Assembly: GCA_951406725.2 (NCBI GenBank)
Contig: OX597816.1
Span: 93,992,001-94,056,000, forward strand
DNA length: 64,000 bases
Source of the DNA: Octopus vulgaris
Taxonomy: Eukaryota
Direction of reading: 5' to 3'
A program made the position numbers and the translations under genes. Of this stretch, positions 40,084-52,999 are shown piece after piece; position 1 is the first letter of the stretch; the number at the start of each line of letters is the position of its first letter. Under the pieces are notes generated by a model that saw only the letters and a list, made by a program, of their open reading frames with translations, was not told the DNA's origin and did not search any database.

Positions 40084-40550
40084 TCTTTTACTTGTTCAGT
40101 CATTTGACTGCGGTCATGCTGGAGCACTGCCTTTAGTCGAACAACTCGACCCCAGGACTTATTCTTTGTAAGCTTAGTACTTATTATATCGGTTTGTAGC
40201 CGAACCTCTAAGTTACGAGGACGCAAACACATTAACATCGGTTGTCAAGCGATGGTGGTGGGGACATCATTTGGTTTGTTGTGTCTCCATTGTCCTGTTT
40301 TTGTTACCAGCTTTGACCCTCCGCAAATCCCAAATTTTATTTTGGTTCGCGGAAGCAACTGTTTTTCGAAGCCTCATATTGTCGTGAATTGCTCGAAATG
40401 TGGAGTAGATAAACAGTAGACAACTGATGAAGGGTCGTTCTGTATGTTACATGTCTTGTTTTCCATTTGTTCTTTTCGTTGTTCGCATACCCAAGTTTGC
40501 CTTCGTATTTCATGTTGTTTACGTTTTGTGACGTCCTGTATCCATATATG

Positions 40551-40609
<59 letters not shown>

Positions 40610-40768
40610 GACGGGCTTCTTTCAGCTTCCGTCTACCAAATCTACTAACAAGGCTTTGGTCGGCCCGCAGCTATAGTTGAAGACACTTGCCCAAGATGCC
40701 ACACAGTGGAACTGAACTCGGAACCATGTGGTTGGGAAGCAAGCTTCTTACCACAGAGCCAATCCTGT
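40084..40768 (-). mobile_element. SINE family B split into a 3' half (40084-40265) and a 5' half (40608-40768) by an unrelated insert of about 290 bp plus (TA)n
   Basis: The two halves are collinear with the intact copy and the insert lies in the internal microsatellite region. Confidence 0.75.
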
Positions 40769-41653
40769 TGTATATAAGATAGCACTTGTAAAATCGTCTC
40801 CTTTCAAAAATGCTTAATCTTTCTACCCCAAGCCTTCTTCCATTTCCTTATATATCATTTTGCATATATTTACTTTCTTTCCTTTGGTCATGCATCTTTT
40901 TCTTCTTTATTTCTTTTTCATTCTTATATATATATTTTTTTGCAACATTTCTTCTCACCACTTCATAACGCACATTGATTTCAACTTGCCAGTCATTAGC
41001 TGATAAACGTTTTCTTTTAGCAGTTCGAACTCCACTAGTTTCAATAGCTGAGGACTTTACGTCTGCCCGACTTGTTCGTTGCGTATTTGCAAACTTGTCT
41101 GGATTGAGCTAAATATATTTGCCACGTACTTAGCTTATTGCCAAGGATGCGAGTTGAGGCGTCGGTTCTCCATTTGCAGTAAACATATTAAGAGACTGCA
41201 GCTAGTAGTGAGCGGACAAATCATATCGCTTAGTTATGGAACTATGCACTGTTGCGATTATGCAAAGAGTCATATTAGATACCTTTTTAATAATATATGT
41301 TATTGTTTGTTACGGTATGCGTGCGTGTGTGCGTGTATGTGTGTGTGAGTGTGCGCATGTGTACTCATGTTTTTGCAATTTTTTCTTATGTATAATTTGG
41401 ATTATATAAAATACTTCAACTGAGAACGAATCAAATTGAGCTGGCGTGTATGAAGTGAAGGCCTAAAGGCAGGAACATGGGAGATGGACACAAGAGGTAT
41501 TGATAGTCAGCAGTCAGACCAAGAAAGAAAGATCATGGCTGGCCGGACACCGGTCACGTGGAAGGAGGAGAGATGGGTAGGTGACAGCGGGATTGAAGGA
41601 TTAGAAAAGATCAGAGACAAAGAGAAAGTTAGAGGGGAGATAAACGAGTGGGA

Positions 41654-41816
41654 CGACGGGCTTCTTTCAGTTTCCGTCAACCAAATCCATTCACATGGCT
41701 TCGGTCGGCCCGAGGCTATAGTAGAAAACACTTGCCCAAGATTCCATACAGCGGGACTGAACCCGGAACCATGTAGTTGGTAAGCAAACTACTTACCACA
41801 CAGCCACTCTTGTGCC

Positions 41817-41817
<1 letters not shown>
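41654..41817 (-). mobile_element. SINE family B 5' half, flanked by (GATA)n at 41818-41905
   Basis: GACGGGCTTCTTTCAGTTTCCGTC...CCACACAGCCACTCTTGTGCC. Confidence 0.88.
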
Positions 41818-41906
<89 letters not shown>

Positions 41907-41947
41907 TGCATAGAACAGCATCAGCGCCAAGGAGTGATAGGAATAAA

Positions 41948-42411
41948 CGAACTTTAGGTTAGTTAAAATAAATTTGCGGCATATTTTGATCTCCAAAGGC
42001 AAATTCACTGCAGTTACAGCTAACAAAAATTCTCTCTGATGGTAAAAGATGTAAAAAAAACCGTCTTTTGCCGGCGTTTCCTTCTAACGCATTCCCAGAC
42101 CTGCGTTTCTGGTTCTTTGGCTTTCCTCAATGGGAAATACCGAAAAGAGATAACCATGGGCAGATTCAAAGCGTAGCTTTAACTAATAAATCAGTCGACA
42201 TCACTGACTGAGATGTGCTAGTGGACCGCCTGGTCTGAATGAAAATAGCAGCATTAGCGCATCCGGCACCCGCTAGAGGAAAGCACTTAGCAAATATGGT
42301 GTTTTTAGACCTTTTGCCGTAGGAGAGAATTTTATTTTCTCCACAGTAAAAGTAGGGAATTTGCCTTTAGAGGTCAAAATGTCGCAAACATTTTAACTAA
42401 CCTAAAGTTCA
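41948..42411. mobile_element. MITE with TIRs of about 58 bp (probably Tc1/mariner-type)
   Basis: GAACTTTAGGTTAGTTAAAAT..TTTGCG.CA..TTTTGA.CTC.AAAGGCAAATTC at the left is inverted at 42357-42410. TA on the right flank. Confidence 0.85.
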
Positions 42412-42464
42412 TATACGCATGTGTGTGTGTGGTGGGGTGTGTGTTTGTGTGTGTGTATGTGTGA

Positions 42465-42800
42465 AGGCACATGGCTCAGTGGTTAGAGCGTCGAAGTTAC
42501 GATCGTGAGATTGTGAGTTCGAATCCCGGACCGGGCTGTGTGTTGTGTTCTTGAACAAGACACTTTATTTCACGTTGCCGCAGTTCACTCAGCTCTAGAA
42601 ATGAGTTGCGATGTCACAGATGCCAAGCTGTATCTGCTGTTACCTTTCCCTTGGATAACACTGGTGGCGTGGAGAGGGGAGGCTGGTATGCATGGGTGAC
42701 TGCTGGTCTTCCATAAACAACCTTGCCCGGACTTGTGCCTGGGAGGGTAACTTTCTAGGTGCAATCCCATGGTCTATGTCGTGACCGAAAGGGGTCTCAG
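42465..42800 (+). mobile_element. SINE family C (tRNA-derived head, CORE-like TTGTGTTCTTGA.CAAGACACTT)
   Basis: A box TGGCTCAGTGG and B box GAGTTCGAATCCC. A second copy lies at 50598-50760. Confidence 0.88.
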
Positions 42801-43324
42801 TCATATATATATGTGTAATATATAATATGTATAATATATATGTATGTACGTATGCATAAATATGTGTGTGGATATATACATATATATGTGTGCGCATATA
42901 TGTATATATCTCTTATTATAAAAGGCAGATTTTATCTGCCTCCCTTTGGGAGTTATACAAATCTACAATATAGGATTTCTTCAATTACAATTTACCTACC
43001 ATTTTTAAGAGTACAATGCATCGCGTCATGCCAGGTCCAGTTTTTAAAATTTAAACTCCAATTAAGCAAAATTTACAGAAAACTCACATTCTGGTGTGTG
43101 TGTCAAATGCTTTTCTTAGTCTGCTTTACACCACACGCAAACGCACACACACAGTGGGCAACGAATAAAATGAAAGTAAAGAGCGACAGAGTGATTTGAG
43201 GAAGACTAAAGTGAAAGTATTCTGTCTATGACGCTGATAGATACATGAGTAAAATGTATGGGAAGCTAAGAGCTAAGAGTGAGTGAAAATGTTCTTGGAA
43301 GAGAGTAATTAGTAATAAAGTAAA

Positions 43325-43637
43325 CATACACTCATACATACATACATACATACATACATACATACATACATACATACATACATACATACATACATACATA
43401 CATACATACACACACACATACACACACACATACATACACACACATACATACATACACACATACATACATACATATACATACATACATACATATACATACA
43501 TACATACACACACACATACACACACACACAGTATTGAAGCTTGAGAACAATCAGATACATTTGCAACACATCTGTTGAAAATATTATTGTTCACACACAT
43601 ACATATACATATATACATACAGACAGACAGACAGATA

Positions 43638-43675
<38 letters not shown>
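43325..43675. repeat. Compound (TACA)n/(CA)n/(GACA)n microsatellites
   Basis: Direct reading. Confidence 0.9.
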
Positions 43676-43677
<2 letters not shown>

Positions 43678-43727
43678 ATCCAGCATGGCCACAACCTCAA
43701 GGCTGAAACATATAAAAGAATAACAGA

Positions 43728-44095
43728 ATATAAATGTGTGCAAAGTACAAGAAATATTAATGCAGTATATGGGGATTGGACAATAAGCGTAAAGCAGTGT
43801 CAATGGTGGTTCCAGAAATCCCGAGCCATAAACTACAGCCTAGAAGACGAGCCTCATCCTGAAAGATCTGTAGAACTCGACAAGGACATCCTGAAAACCC
43901 TGGTGGAACAAAATATCATCGTAACTGTTGAGGAACTAGCAGAGAAGCTTGGATTTGGTCATTCAACCATTCATTGACACCTGTGTGCTATCGGAAAAGT
44001 CAGCAAATTGGGTCAATGGGTTCCTCACGAACTTTCCGAGTCTAATTGCATGCAGAGAGTGAATGTATGCTTTTCTTTGCTGTCATATCTCACCA
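43728..44095 (+). mobile_element. Mariner transposase N-terminal fragment (HTH and WVPHEL), truncated at the Helitron
   Basis: RNINAVYG..TISVKQCQWWFQK...SLEDEP..ERS, TVEELAEKLG..HSTI and GKVSKLGQWVPHELSE. Confidence 0.85.
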
Positions 44096-44112
44096 CTACT
44101 GCGCTATATATA

Positions 44113-44749
44113 TCTATATATATAAAACTGTAGTTGTGTGAGTGTCTGTCCCCTTCGATTTAGATTCCTAACTACTCCCACATTTTGCGGTACAGTTTAA
44201 CCAAATTCAGGTAGCTTATAGTCGTGATTCATATCGAGCCCGTCTGAATATTAGCGCGCGTCTACGATGAGTCTACGATTTTAAAAATAATTTAACATCA
44301 TTTTTTATTCCATTTTAATGCATAATTTTTCGTGTGTCGATGGCGGCGGAGTTGGCGTCCACGCTCACACCTGCACCTGTGGGGAAGGGAGTGTAAGGAA
44401 ATCAACGTCGTAATGCGTTGTCAAGGAGACCAGTGTTCTTTTAGAACAACGACTTCATGGCTTGAAGACACCAAAACAGAAATGGCTAAGAAAGCGTCTA
44501 CATGAGTCTACGATTTAAAAAAAAATTTACCATGGTTTTTTTTTCCATTTTAATGCATTTTTTCGCTATTATATAAGGGAAGTAACTCTCTAAAAATGTC
44601 TACGATGAGTCAACGATTTTAAAAAAAATTTACCATCATATTTTTTCCATTTTTAATGCATTTTTTGCTATTTTTTGGCTATAACTCTCTAAAAATGCTT
44701 ATATAGTTATTTCCCTTACAAACCCGAGCAACGCCGGGCGATACTGCTA

Positions 44750-44750
<1 letters not shown>
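44113..44750 (+). mobile_element. Non-autonomous Helitron with three internal ~60-bp repeats
   Basis: A|TCTATATATATAAAA 5' end, subterminal hairpin CCCGAGCAACGCCGGG (44723-44738), CTAG|T 3' end, no TSD. Confidence 0.9.
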
Positions 44751-44786
<36 letters not shown>

Positions 44787-45553
44787 ATCGCGCGCACGCG
44801 CGCACACACACACACATAAAGCAATAGAGAAAGAAGGGAAGTACGACCTAAAATTATAGGAATGGTTGTACAAATGGACCACGTGAATTGAAAAGAAGGC
44901 CTAATAAATGACAATTGACATATTTAATCAGTAGCAGTTTTCATTAAGTGGTGATAAAATGTCTGTGCGAATGGGGAAGATGACAACGTTGGAAGATTTT
45001 GGTGATATTACATTTAGCCAAGATACAATTAAGATAGCTATCTATCATCAACTAAATATTAGTAGTATCATTAAACCTGGTATTATATTGAGTTCCCATT
45101 GAAGTTCTTTTTCTCGCCGCAGTTCTACTGTAACGTAATGTAATATAACTACCGTTTTTCCTGTGATGAAAATTAGACGTGAAAACCTCTGTGGGAGATT
45201 TATCGTGTCTTGAGTAGACAGAATAAATTCTATCTCAGTTTACGGCTGACTTTTCTAATCATTCTCGTGCTAAAACAAATGATTCCGAAAGAGCACCATA
45301 AATTCTTCCCTGATCTTTTTGACACAGACATTTTGTCGCAAGGTTATCGTTGACACCCAACAGAGGTAACATCTTGGATGGCGCTCAAATGTTTGGCATC
45401 ACTTCTAAGAAATGCGAATACGATATCTTATGTGTCGGGCGTTGAAAATAAATACTATTGCATTTCGTTTGTGATAGAATTAGGAAATAAAAGACATTCT
45501 TCAACAAGAAATAGTATAGAAAAGAACGTCCACTTGAAATCCTTTCTCTCTTT

Positions 45554-45626
<73 letters not shown>

Positions 45627-46448
45627 CTATCTCTCCTTCTCTCTCTCCATCTCTTCCTCTCCCTCGTTTTTTCTCCTCTTTTATTTCCTGCTTTCTCTCT
45701 AATCTTTTCCTTTAGTTGAAGCAGTGTTTGTAAATAAAGAATTCACGTCTGGTTTTGAATAGCAAAATCGCGTAGTCACAACAGAAGCCGAGTATCAGGA
45801 CCATTCCAACAATTGGTGCTGTATTATGTTTATATAAGCTATAAGTAGAAATAATAGTACATTAAATATATGGAACACAAACCAATTGGAGTAGAATACA
45901 TGCGAATGTTGTACAGCAAGAAGTAACGTCCCAAAGTGTCAAATCCACTACATGCCATTCGATGGCTGGCTAAATTCAAATAACCTTTTGTTATTAGTCT
46001 CTCAAATGTAATTTATTACTTTGTTCCAAATAAAAATTACTTAATCATAGGTGTACGACGAAAGGCTTTGATACTTAAAATAATATGTTATGACAAAGAG
46101 AAAATTAATACACGTGCGCGTGCATATTTGGCCGGCGTATTACTTGTTTTAAAAATTTGCCGGCGAGTTACTTGTATTAAAAGTTCGAAAAGTGGAACAC
46201 TCTGACCAATTTATAAGAAGTATTATCTTTACACCATTAATGTTTTTAGCATTTCGTTTTAAGCTTTCAGTTTTTTCTTGGTTTTGGATTTCTCAACAAG
46301 TCTATATTGAAAAGATGAGGAATTATGTACATTATTTACATTATTTACAATTGACGGATATTTGTCTTCATCTTGTTTGTTGTTAACAGAATTTTTAAAT
46401 ACAAAGAAATCCAATTGACGGATATCTGTCCTCATCTTGTTTACTATC

Positions 46449-46494
46449 AACACAACGTTTCGGCTGATATACCCTTCAGCCTTCATCAGGTGTT
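46449..46494 (-). ncRNA. Minimal type I hammerhead ribozyme motif
   Basis: AACAC-CUGAUGA-A-GGCUGA(agggtata)UCAGCC-GAA-ACGU-U-GUGUU: perfect core, 5-bp stem I, 6-bp stem II, palindromic helix III. Confidence 0.8.
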
Positions 46495-46691
46495 CTCATT
46501 CCTAAGGTATTTTTCGATGTTGTTGTTTCTCACAGGTATATAGCGTAGTAATTAAGAGCGCGGGCTACTAACCTCCAAGATTCCGAGTTCGATTCCAGGC
46601 AGTGACCTGAATAATAATACCAACAACAACAACAACAACAACAACGAAAAATACCTTAGGAATGAGAACCCAGGTTCGAAATTTCCCCCAA

Positions 46692-46737
46692 AACACCTGA
46701 TGAAGGCTGGAGGGTATATCAACTGAAACGTTGTGTT
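46692..46737 (+). ncRNA. Minimal type I hammerhead ribozyme motif (stem II with one mismatch)
   Basis: AACAC-CUGAUGA-A-GGCUG(gagggtatat)CAACU-GAA-ACGU-U-GUGUU. Confidence 0.72.
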
Positions 46738-47159
46738 GACAGCAAACAAGATGAGGACAAATATCCGTCAATTGGATTTCACTGTATTTAAAAATTCTGT
46801 CGAAGCAAAATTCAAAAGTCGAGGAGAAAGCTGAGGGATTAACGAATTAATAATAATAGTTAAATAAATCGCCGGTTAAAACAGCCAAAATTTTTTATAA
46901 ACAATAATTTTAAATATTTTAAGTAAGATAAATACTGCACACTGACAGCATAGAAGTCTGAACCGGAAGTACTTGAAAATCATTATCGAAACTTTATTGT
47001 ACATTATCAGGCAAAACATAGCTCAATGATATATGTTAAAGATCACAGTCACTTGGGCGAGGTTTTCCTACATTGACCGTGTAACTTTTTGGAATTTCTG
47101 TCTTTTTGGAATCTTTGGTTAGGGAAAAAACTAAAGCATCTGATGCACGTATACAGTAA

Positions 47160-47208
<49 letters not shown>

Positions 47209-47416
47209 CCTCCCTCTCTCTCTCTCTCTCCAAAACGAAAATTCTGAAAGCGTAACTGAGATTTTTCAGGTTGCATGTGAAAAGTCTTTAGAATATTCCA
47301 TTATCGTTGTGGGGAAATATCAGCCATCAACAGAAATGTGAAAGTCATAATAGACCTCCAATTCATCACTAAATGAGAAAATGAGAAGTTTTCATCTGAT
47401 GTTAAGTAATTCTTTC

Positions 47417-47831
47417 TTATTTCTTTACTGCCCACAAGGGGCTACACACAGAGGGAACAAAGAAGGACAGACAAACGGATTAAGTCGATTATATCGACCC
47501 CAGTGCGTAACTGGTATTTATTTAATCGACTCCGAAAGGATGAAAGGCAAAGTCGATCTCGGTGGAATTTGAACTCAGAACGTAGCGGCCGACGAAATAC
47601 CTATTTCTTTACTACCCACAAGGGGCTAAACACAGAGAGGATAAACAAGGACAGACAAACGGATGAAGTCGATTATATGACCCCAGTGCGTAACTGGTGC
47701 TTAATTTATCGACCCCGAAAGGATGAAAGGCAAAGTCAACCTCGGCGGAATTTGAACTCAGAACGTAACGACAGACGAAATACGGCTATGCATTTCGCCC
47801 GGCGTGCTAACGATTCTGCCAGCTCGCCGCC
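47417..47831 (-). mobile_element. SINE family A, full copy plus tandem partial second unit, TSD of about 27 bp
   Basis: Flanks TTTCATCTGATGTTAAGTAATTCTTTC (47390-47416) and TTTCATCTGATGTTATGTAATCCTTTC (47832-47858). Confidence 0.93.
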
Positions 47832-50513
47832 TTTCATCTGATGTTATGTAATCCTTTCTGCTGAAGGAAGGGTTTTCTATGAATTAGTCAAAAATGTACT
47901 CGGAAAGTGGGTGCTGAAGACTGAAAAACATTGTTGGAAGTATGAGCAGAGTTGGTATAAGTTTCGTAACAAAAAAAAAAAAGGAAAGACCTTCTCTGCT
48001 TCCTATTTATGTTTATTGTTATGAGTGACTCCTAAATCTTGCTATCCAAAACAATGCTAGATTATGCAAAATATCTGTAGTTGGTGTAACGTTGTAGAAA
48101 CGTCGTAGAAAGAGAACGTGAGCTAAAAAGGAAAATTCGGAAGAGACAATTTGTATTACATAACTCCCTTAAACTTGTTGCAATTTATGGGAACGCGAAG
48201 AAATCGAGTACGACGGTTTGCCGAACATATATATTCTCTGTAATTATGTTAGTTATATAAAGCAGTCATTTTTAGTGAGTCAAAATTTATAGTTGGCATA
48301 TTCTTTAGAATAATTACGTGGCTTTAACTTTGATGTATGTAGTTTAACAGTTATGTGGGAAATGTTTGTATCGAACAAATAAATTACAATATGTTTGAAG
48401 AGCGATTCAGTCGTTCCTTAGAATATTTAAATACTCTCATGATCTTTCTGATGGATAGTATACTGTTTAAGAAATTTAAAGCATTTCGAAATTCATTTGA
48501 ATACAACACGTAAAGATACAGTGCAATATAAAATCATTAACCTTTGACTAATTGTTCGTAAAATATTATTTGGATATGTTTAATGTTTATGTTATAATAG
48601 TCATTCAGAAATTATAGTGTCTCCGAATGTTAATTGTTCCTATTGAAGATCCCAATTTAATTAATTATAGGGGGAAAATATTGCGTTATTCCAGATGTGT
48701 AGTGCAGCCCGCTTGTACAGGATAAACAAACAAGACAAAAACATACGGAGATGTTAACATAACGGAAATCTCAGCCCTCTCACTATTCAGTATAACCTGG
48801 GAAGTAGTTTTAGCATTCTGAATCTTCCGTGCATATAATTCGAAATGAGTTCTAAATATCTATAAAGAGATAACGTTTAGGAAGTAAAATTTCACAAAAT
48901 TCTGAAGTACGCAACTTTCAAAGCTGCACAAAATAATTTACATTTCATATATGTTAAATTATTGTTTTAGATTTTAAATATGTTTTTTGAGCAGGCTTTG
49001 CAATGACGGCATGCACATGTATGTATTTATGCACGTTTATAAGTAAATAAGGAATAGCTTTTCTTTAAATTGCGTGATATTAGAGTCCCTAAGTTCGAGT
49101 TTGATTTGGGTTATTTCATATATTCTTATGACTGTTATGGTTGGTGTGTATGTGTGTGTATGCGCGTATGTATGTGCGTATGCATGTGTATTTCATATCC
49201 TTCGTGTATGCTATTGGCAGCATACAGTCCAATGCATCATGTGATGTAGTCGGATCGTTGGTGGTTAAACCGATATCTCACTAAGCCAGCCTAGTGAGAA
49301 AGATGATTAGAAACACATCAGAAGGAAAGTAAGATCCGTTAAAAGGACGGACTAACCTTGTCTTAAGCTCCGCGGCTACCTAGCAACACTGAGCGGAGTT
49401 TTAGAAATAAGCGAGATGATGGACGAGCGTGATGACCACTGGAAATTTGGAGTAGACTTGAGCGTGTAAAGTCTGCTTATCTAAGAGAGGATTTATATGG
49501 TCAAAATCTGGTAGGTCAAGCCTGGTAGATGAATGAGTTCAAAATTTTTGTGCTTCAAACTTTTGTGGGTGCATGAACCTGTTCTAGAGAGCACATTCTT
49601 AGCAAAAACTATTTGCATGTCATTTTGCTAACTTCTACCTTCACAGTAAGATTTAGCACTTCAAAGTATTTTCCGAATTAAATTAACAGATGTATTCGAA
49701 TTAATATCACCGAAATGTAACTAGAAATGTGTTGCAGAATTCTTTCTTATAATGTTTCGGAAAGAATGGATATGTTTGTTATAACTAAACTTGAGATTAA
49801 TAATTGTTAACTCCAATGTATTATTTGCTGGGGGGTTTTTTGTGTGCATTTTTTTGTTTGTGCATTATAATAATAAACCCTATTCTTTTCTAAACAATGA
49901 GAATACTAAACAAATCAGCAGTAATAATGCAATCACAGTTAAAAGATAAGGTATTATGGAAAGAATATCTTGTCAGAATCAATATTCTTTCAGAAACCAA
50001 GAGAAATATTTTGATCCGAGTTTCTTAAAGTGTATAAGATCATTGGAAAATAACAATAAGGACTGTCAAATGGTTTGGAGTACGCTACGCCATTCAAAAG
50101 CTTATAAAAAGAGTAACAAATGTTGTGTTCTTACACTTTGATACAAAATAATTATTCTATTTAGAACAAACGCTCAGAGTTGATATAATTTTATCAAAAT
50201 TCAAAACATTTGTTAAAACTTTTTGAAATACTTCAAGGCTGAAAAGCAAACAGAGGTGAAATAAGTATTTGCTTGTTATAAGAAAAAGAGACAAAACAGA
50301 TTTCGTCAGCTGATTGAAATGAAAAACTCGTTATCTTTCTCATTATGCGGGAAAACAACGATAAGGTGAAAGATTGCAATCCTTGCACAATAACGTTCCA
50401 ATAAAAACATAAACTTTCACATGCTAAACTGAGCTATGACTTTTAAAATAATATATTTCTTACATAAATAGAAAATTGCTTTATTAGTTGCATATACATA
50501 CTTGCATTTATAT

Positions 50514-50603
50514 ATACACCGATTCTCACTCGATCACCGAAGTAAAGCAACGTCGGACCTTGTTAGAACTTACATGGGTGACCGCATGGGAAACATAGGC
50601 GCT
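50514..50603 (+). pseudogene. 5S rRNA-derived pseudogene fragment (lacks about the first 22 nt)
   Basis: ATACACCGATTCTCACTCGATCACCGAAGTAAAGCAACGTCGGACCTTGTTAGAACTTACATGGGTGACCGCATGGGAA matches metazoan 5S rRNA (CGAUCACCGAAGUUAAGCAACGUCGG...GUUAGUACUUGGAUGGGUGACCGCCUGGGAA). Confidence 0.88.
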
Positions 50604-50760
50604 CAATAGTCAGAGCGTCGGGCTTCCAATCATGAAGTAGTGAGTTCGATTACCGATCTAGGCTTGTGTCGTGTTCTTGAGCAAGATACTTTATTTCACG
50701 TTGCTCCAGTTCATTCAGCTGTAGAAACGAGTTGCGACGTAACTGGTGCCAAGCTGTAAC
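50598..50760 (+). mobile_element. SINE family C, 3'-truncated, fused to the 5S fragment
   Basis: AGAGCGTCG...GTGAGTTCGATTACC...GTGTTCTTGAGCAAGATACTTTATTTCACGTTGC aligns with 42470-42630. Confidence 0.85.
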
Positions 50761-50774
50761 GGCGTTTACCATTA

Positions 50775-51402
<628 letters not shown>

Positions 51403-52999
51403 TAATTATTTCTAAAAGTTTAATTAATAACTATACGGCATGCACAATTCTAATTAGTTATACAATTAATCCGAGAAAAGAATCATTCATACCACAGTTG
51501 TATTGTATAATCTCTTTCTAGCCCTTTAAGGACATAGAGCAGATCTTGTCGTCACGATATAGGAAAGTAGTATAGTGTATAACATACTTTTGGAGATAAA
51601 GAACTAATTATTGAATTCAAGAACGTAACTCCTCATCGTAGGTTACCTGAGATCTCTTTTAAAAACACATTGGTCAAAATTCCAACAGATACACTACATT
51701 CGATCACTTACTTCATCAAAATCAGACATCGGCATAACTGTTAAGAACAAAATTAAATAGAAGTTCATACTTTAAACGATTATAAATCTTGATACTTTCA
51801 AACAACACCATCAGAATAACAGACTGATTTAAACCTACCTGCAGTAGGGAAAAGTGTAATCTCTAACTGATATGATAGACATACAAAAGTACAACCTACT
51901 TATTACAAAAATCTTTACATTTTACATATGACTGGTACTAACTTTACTAAAATCTTACGAGCATAAAAAAAAGACAAGCTATCACATTTCAATATGGGCC
52001 GAAAGTCCGATGTTGATATGGGAGCTTACTGTTCTGTTGGTATTAGTGATATAGTAGATTTTTATTTACTTTCAAAATTAGAAGTGAATTTCCATATGAC
52101 CTGTCTTTACCGATATCATAACCTACGCTTTCTAAATAATTCCAGTGCGAAACATGAACAGAATGAAAAAGGATTGACATTCGTTCTTTGTACATTACTT
52201 TGGAATATTTCTTAAATAACACCGAAATTTTGAAAAACTCATTATTCTATTCATACCACAAACAAGTCGAAACAATTATATTAACAACCAAAGTAATCAC
52301 TCTAAAGTTATCATAAATGATACAATCGTAATCACATCTGTATCAATGAACTTTATGCCAATGAATAAATATTGAATGAAACGGTTGTTAATTATATGAA
52401 CGTGCTATCCAAAAGCAGATTCATTATAACAATATGAAATACGACAAAAATAAAATTAAGATGAGGAAACAAAAGGTAATTTGATTTAGTCACTTCTTTC
52501 TTTTTGTATGGCATTAGTAGCAGTAGCAGCAGCAGCGGCGACGGCGCGTTACTACATTCACCATTTGTTGGTGATTCTCAGGCGACAACTCTCCAGCGCA
52601 TAGGTCTGTTTGGGCAGACGTTGCTGGTGAAGGTTCTTATGATGTAGAAGTGCAAATCCTACATACATCGCAAGCTGCGTAGAGCAAAGTTGTTGTTTTT
52701 TTTGTTTTTTAGATTATTAAACAAACCCTTTCAGTACTTTTACCTTCCATTTCACCAAATTTCTAATATAAAATGCAAACTTTGAAATTCCGCGACGCCA
52801 AATTTTGCTAATATACGCGTCTCAGCAAATACATATAAAATTGATAAATCCCCAGTAATACAAACAAAATTAATTTTAACTGTAGACATAACAATATATG
52901 TCTCATGAAGTCCAACAGGAACGGTGTCTGAAAACGCAAAATAAAAAACAAAGATATATTTCGTAGTATTTAATAAACATTGATATTAATAGACGCTAA

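Larger units (their letters stand above)
46300..46800 (+). mobile_element. tRNA-headed, hammerhead-containing SINE-like element (46535-46771) preceded by inverted copies of its own 3' part
   Basis: A-box-like TAGCGTAGTAATT and B box GAGTTCGATTCC (46585-46596), then (AAC)n and a hammerhead motif. 46387-46526 is an inverted copy of about 46635-46800, with one deletion. Confidence 0.8.

Noticed and set aside
40385-40450. GAAA...CTGATGA as a permuted hammerhead
   Set aside because: No convincing stems and no NUH cleavage triplet (GAAATGTG). At most a decayed Penelope-like fragment.
42908-43210. Third Helitron (TCTCTTATTATAAAA start)
   Set aside because: Only a 5'-like end is visible. No hairpin plus CTAG 3' end was found.
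46535-46607. Functional tRNA gene
   Set aside because: The acceptor stem does not pair, the D-loop GG is lost, and it continues into repeat body. It is a SINE head, as is 42465-42540.
50514-50603. Functional 5S rRNA gene
   Set aside because: 5'-truncated, many substitutions, single copy, no oligo-T terminator.
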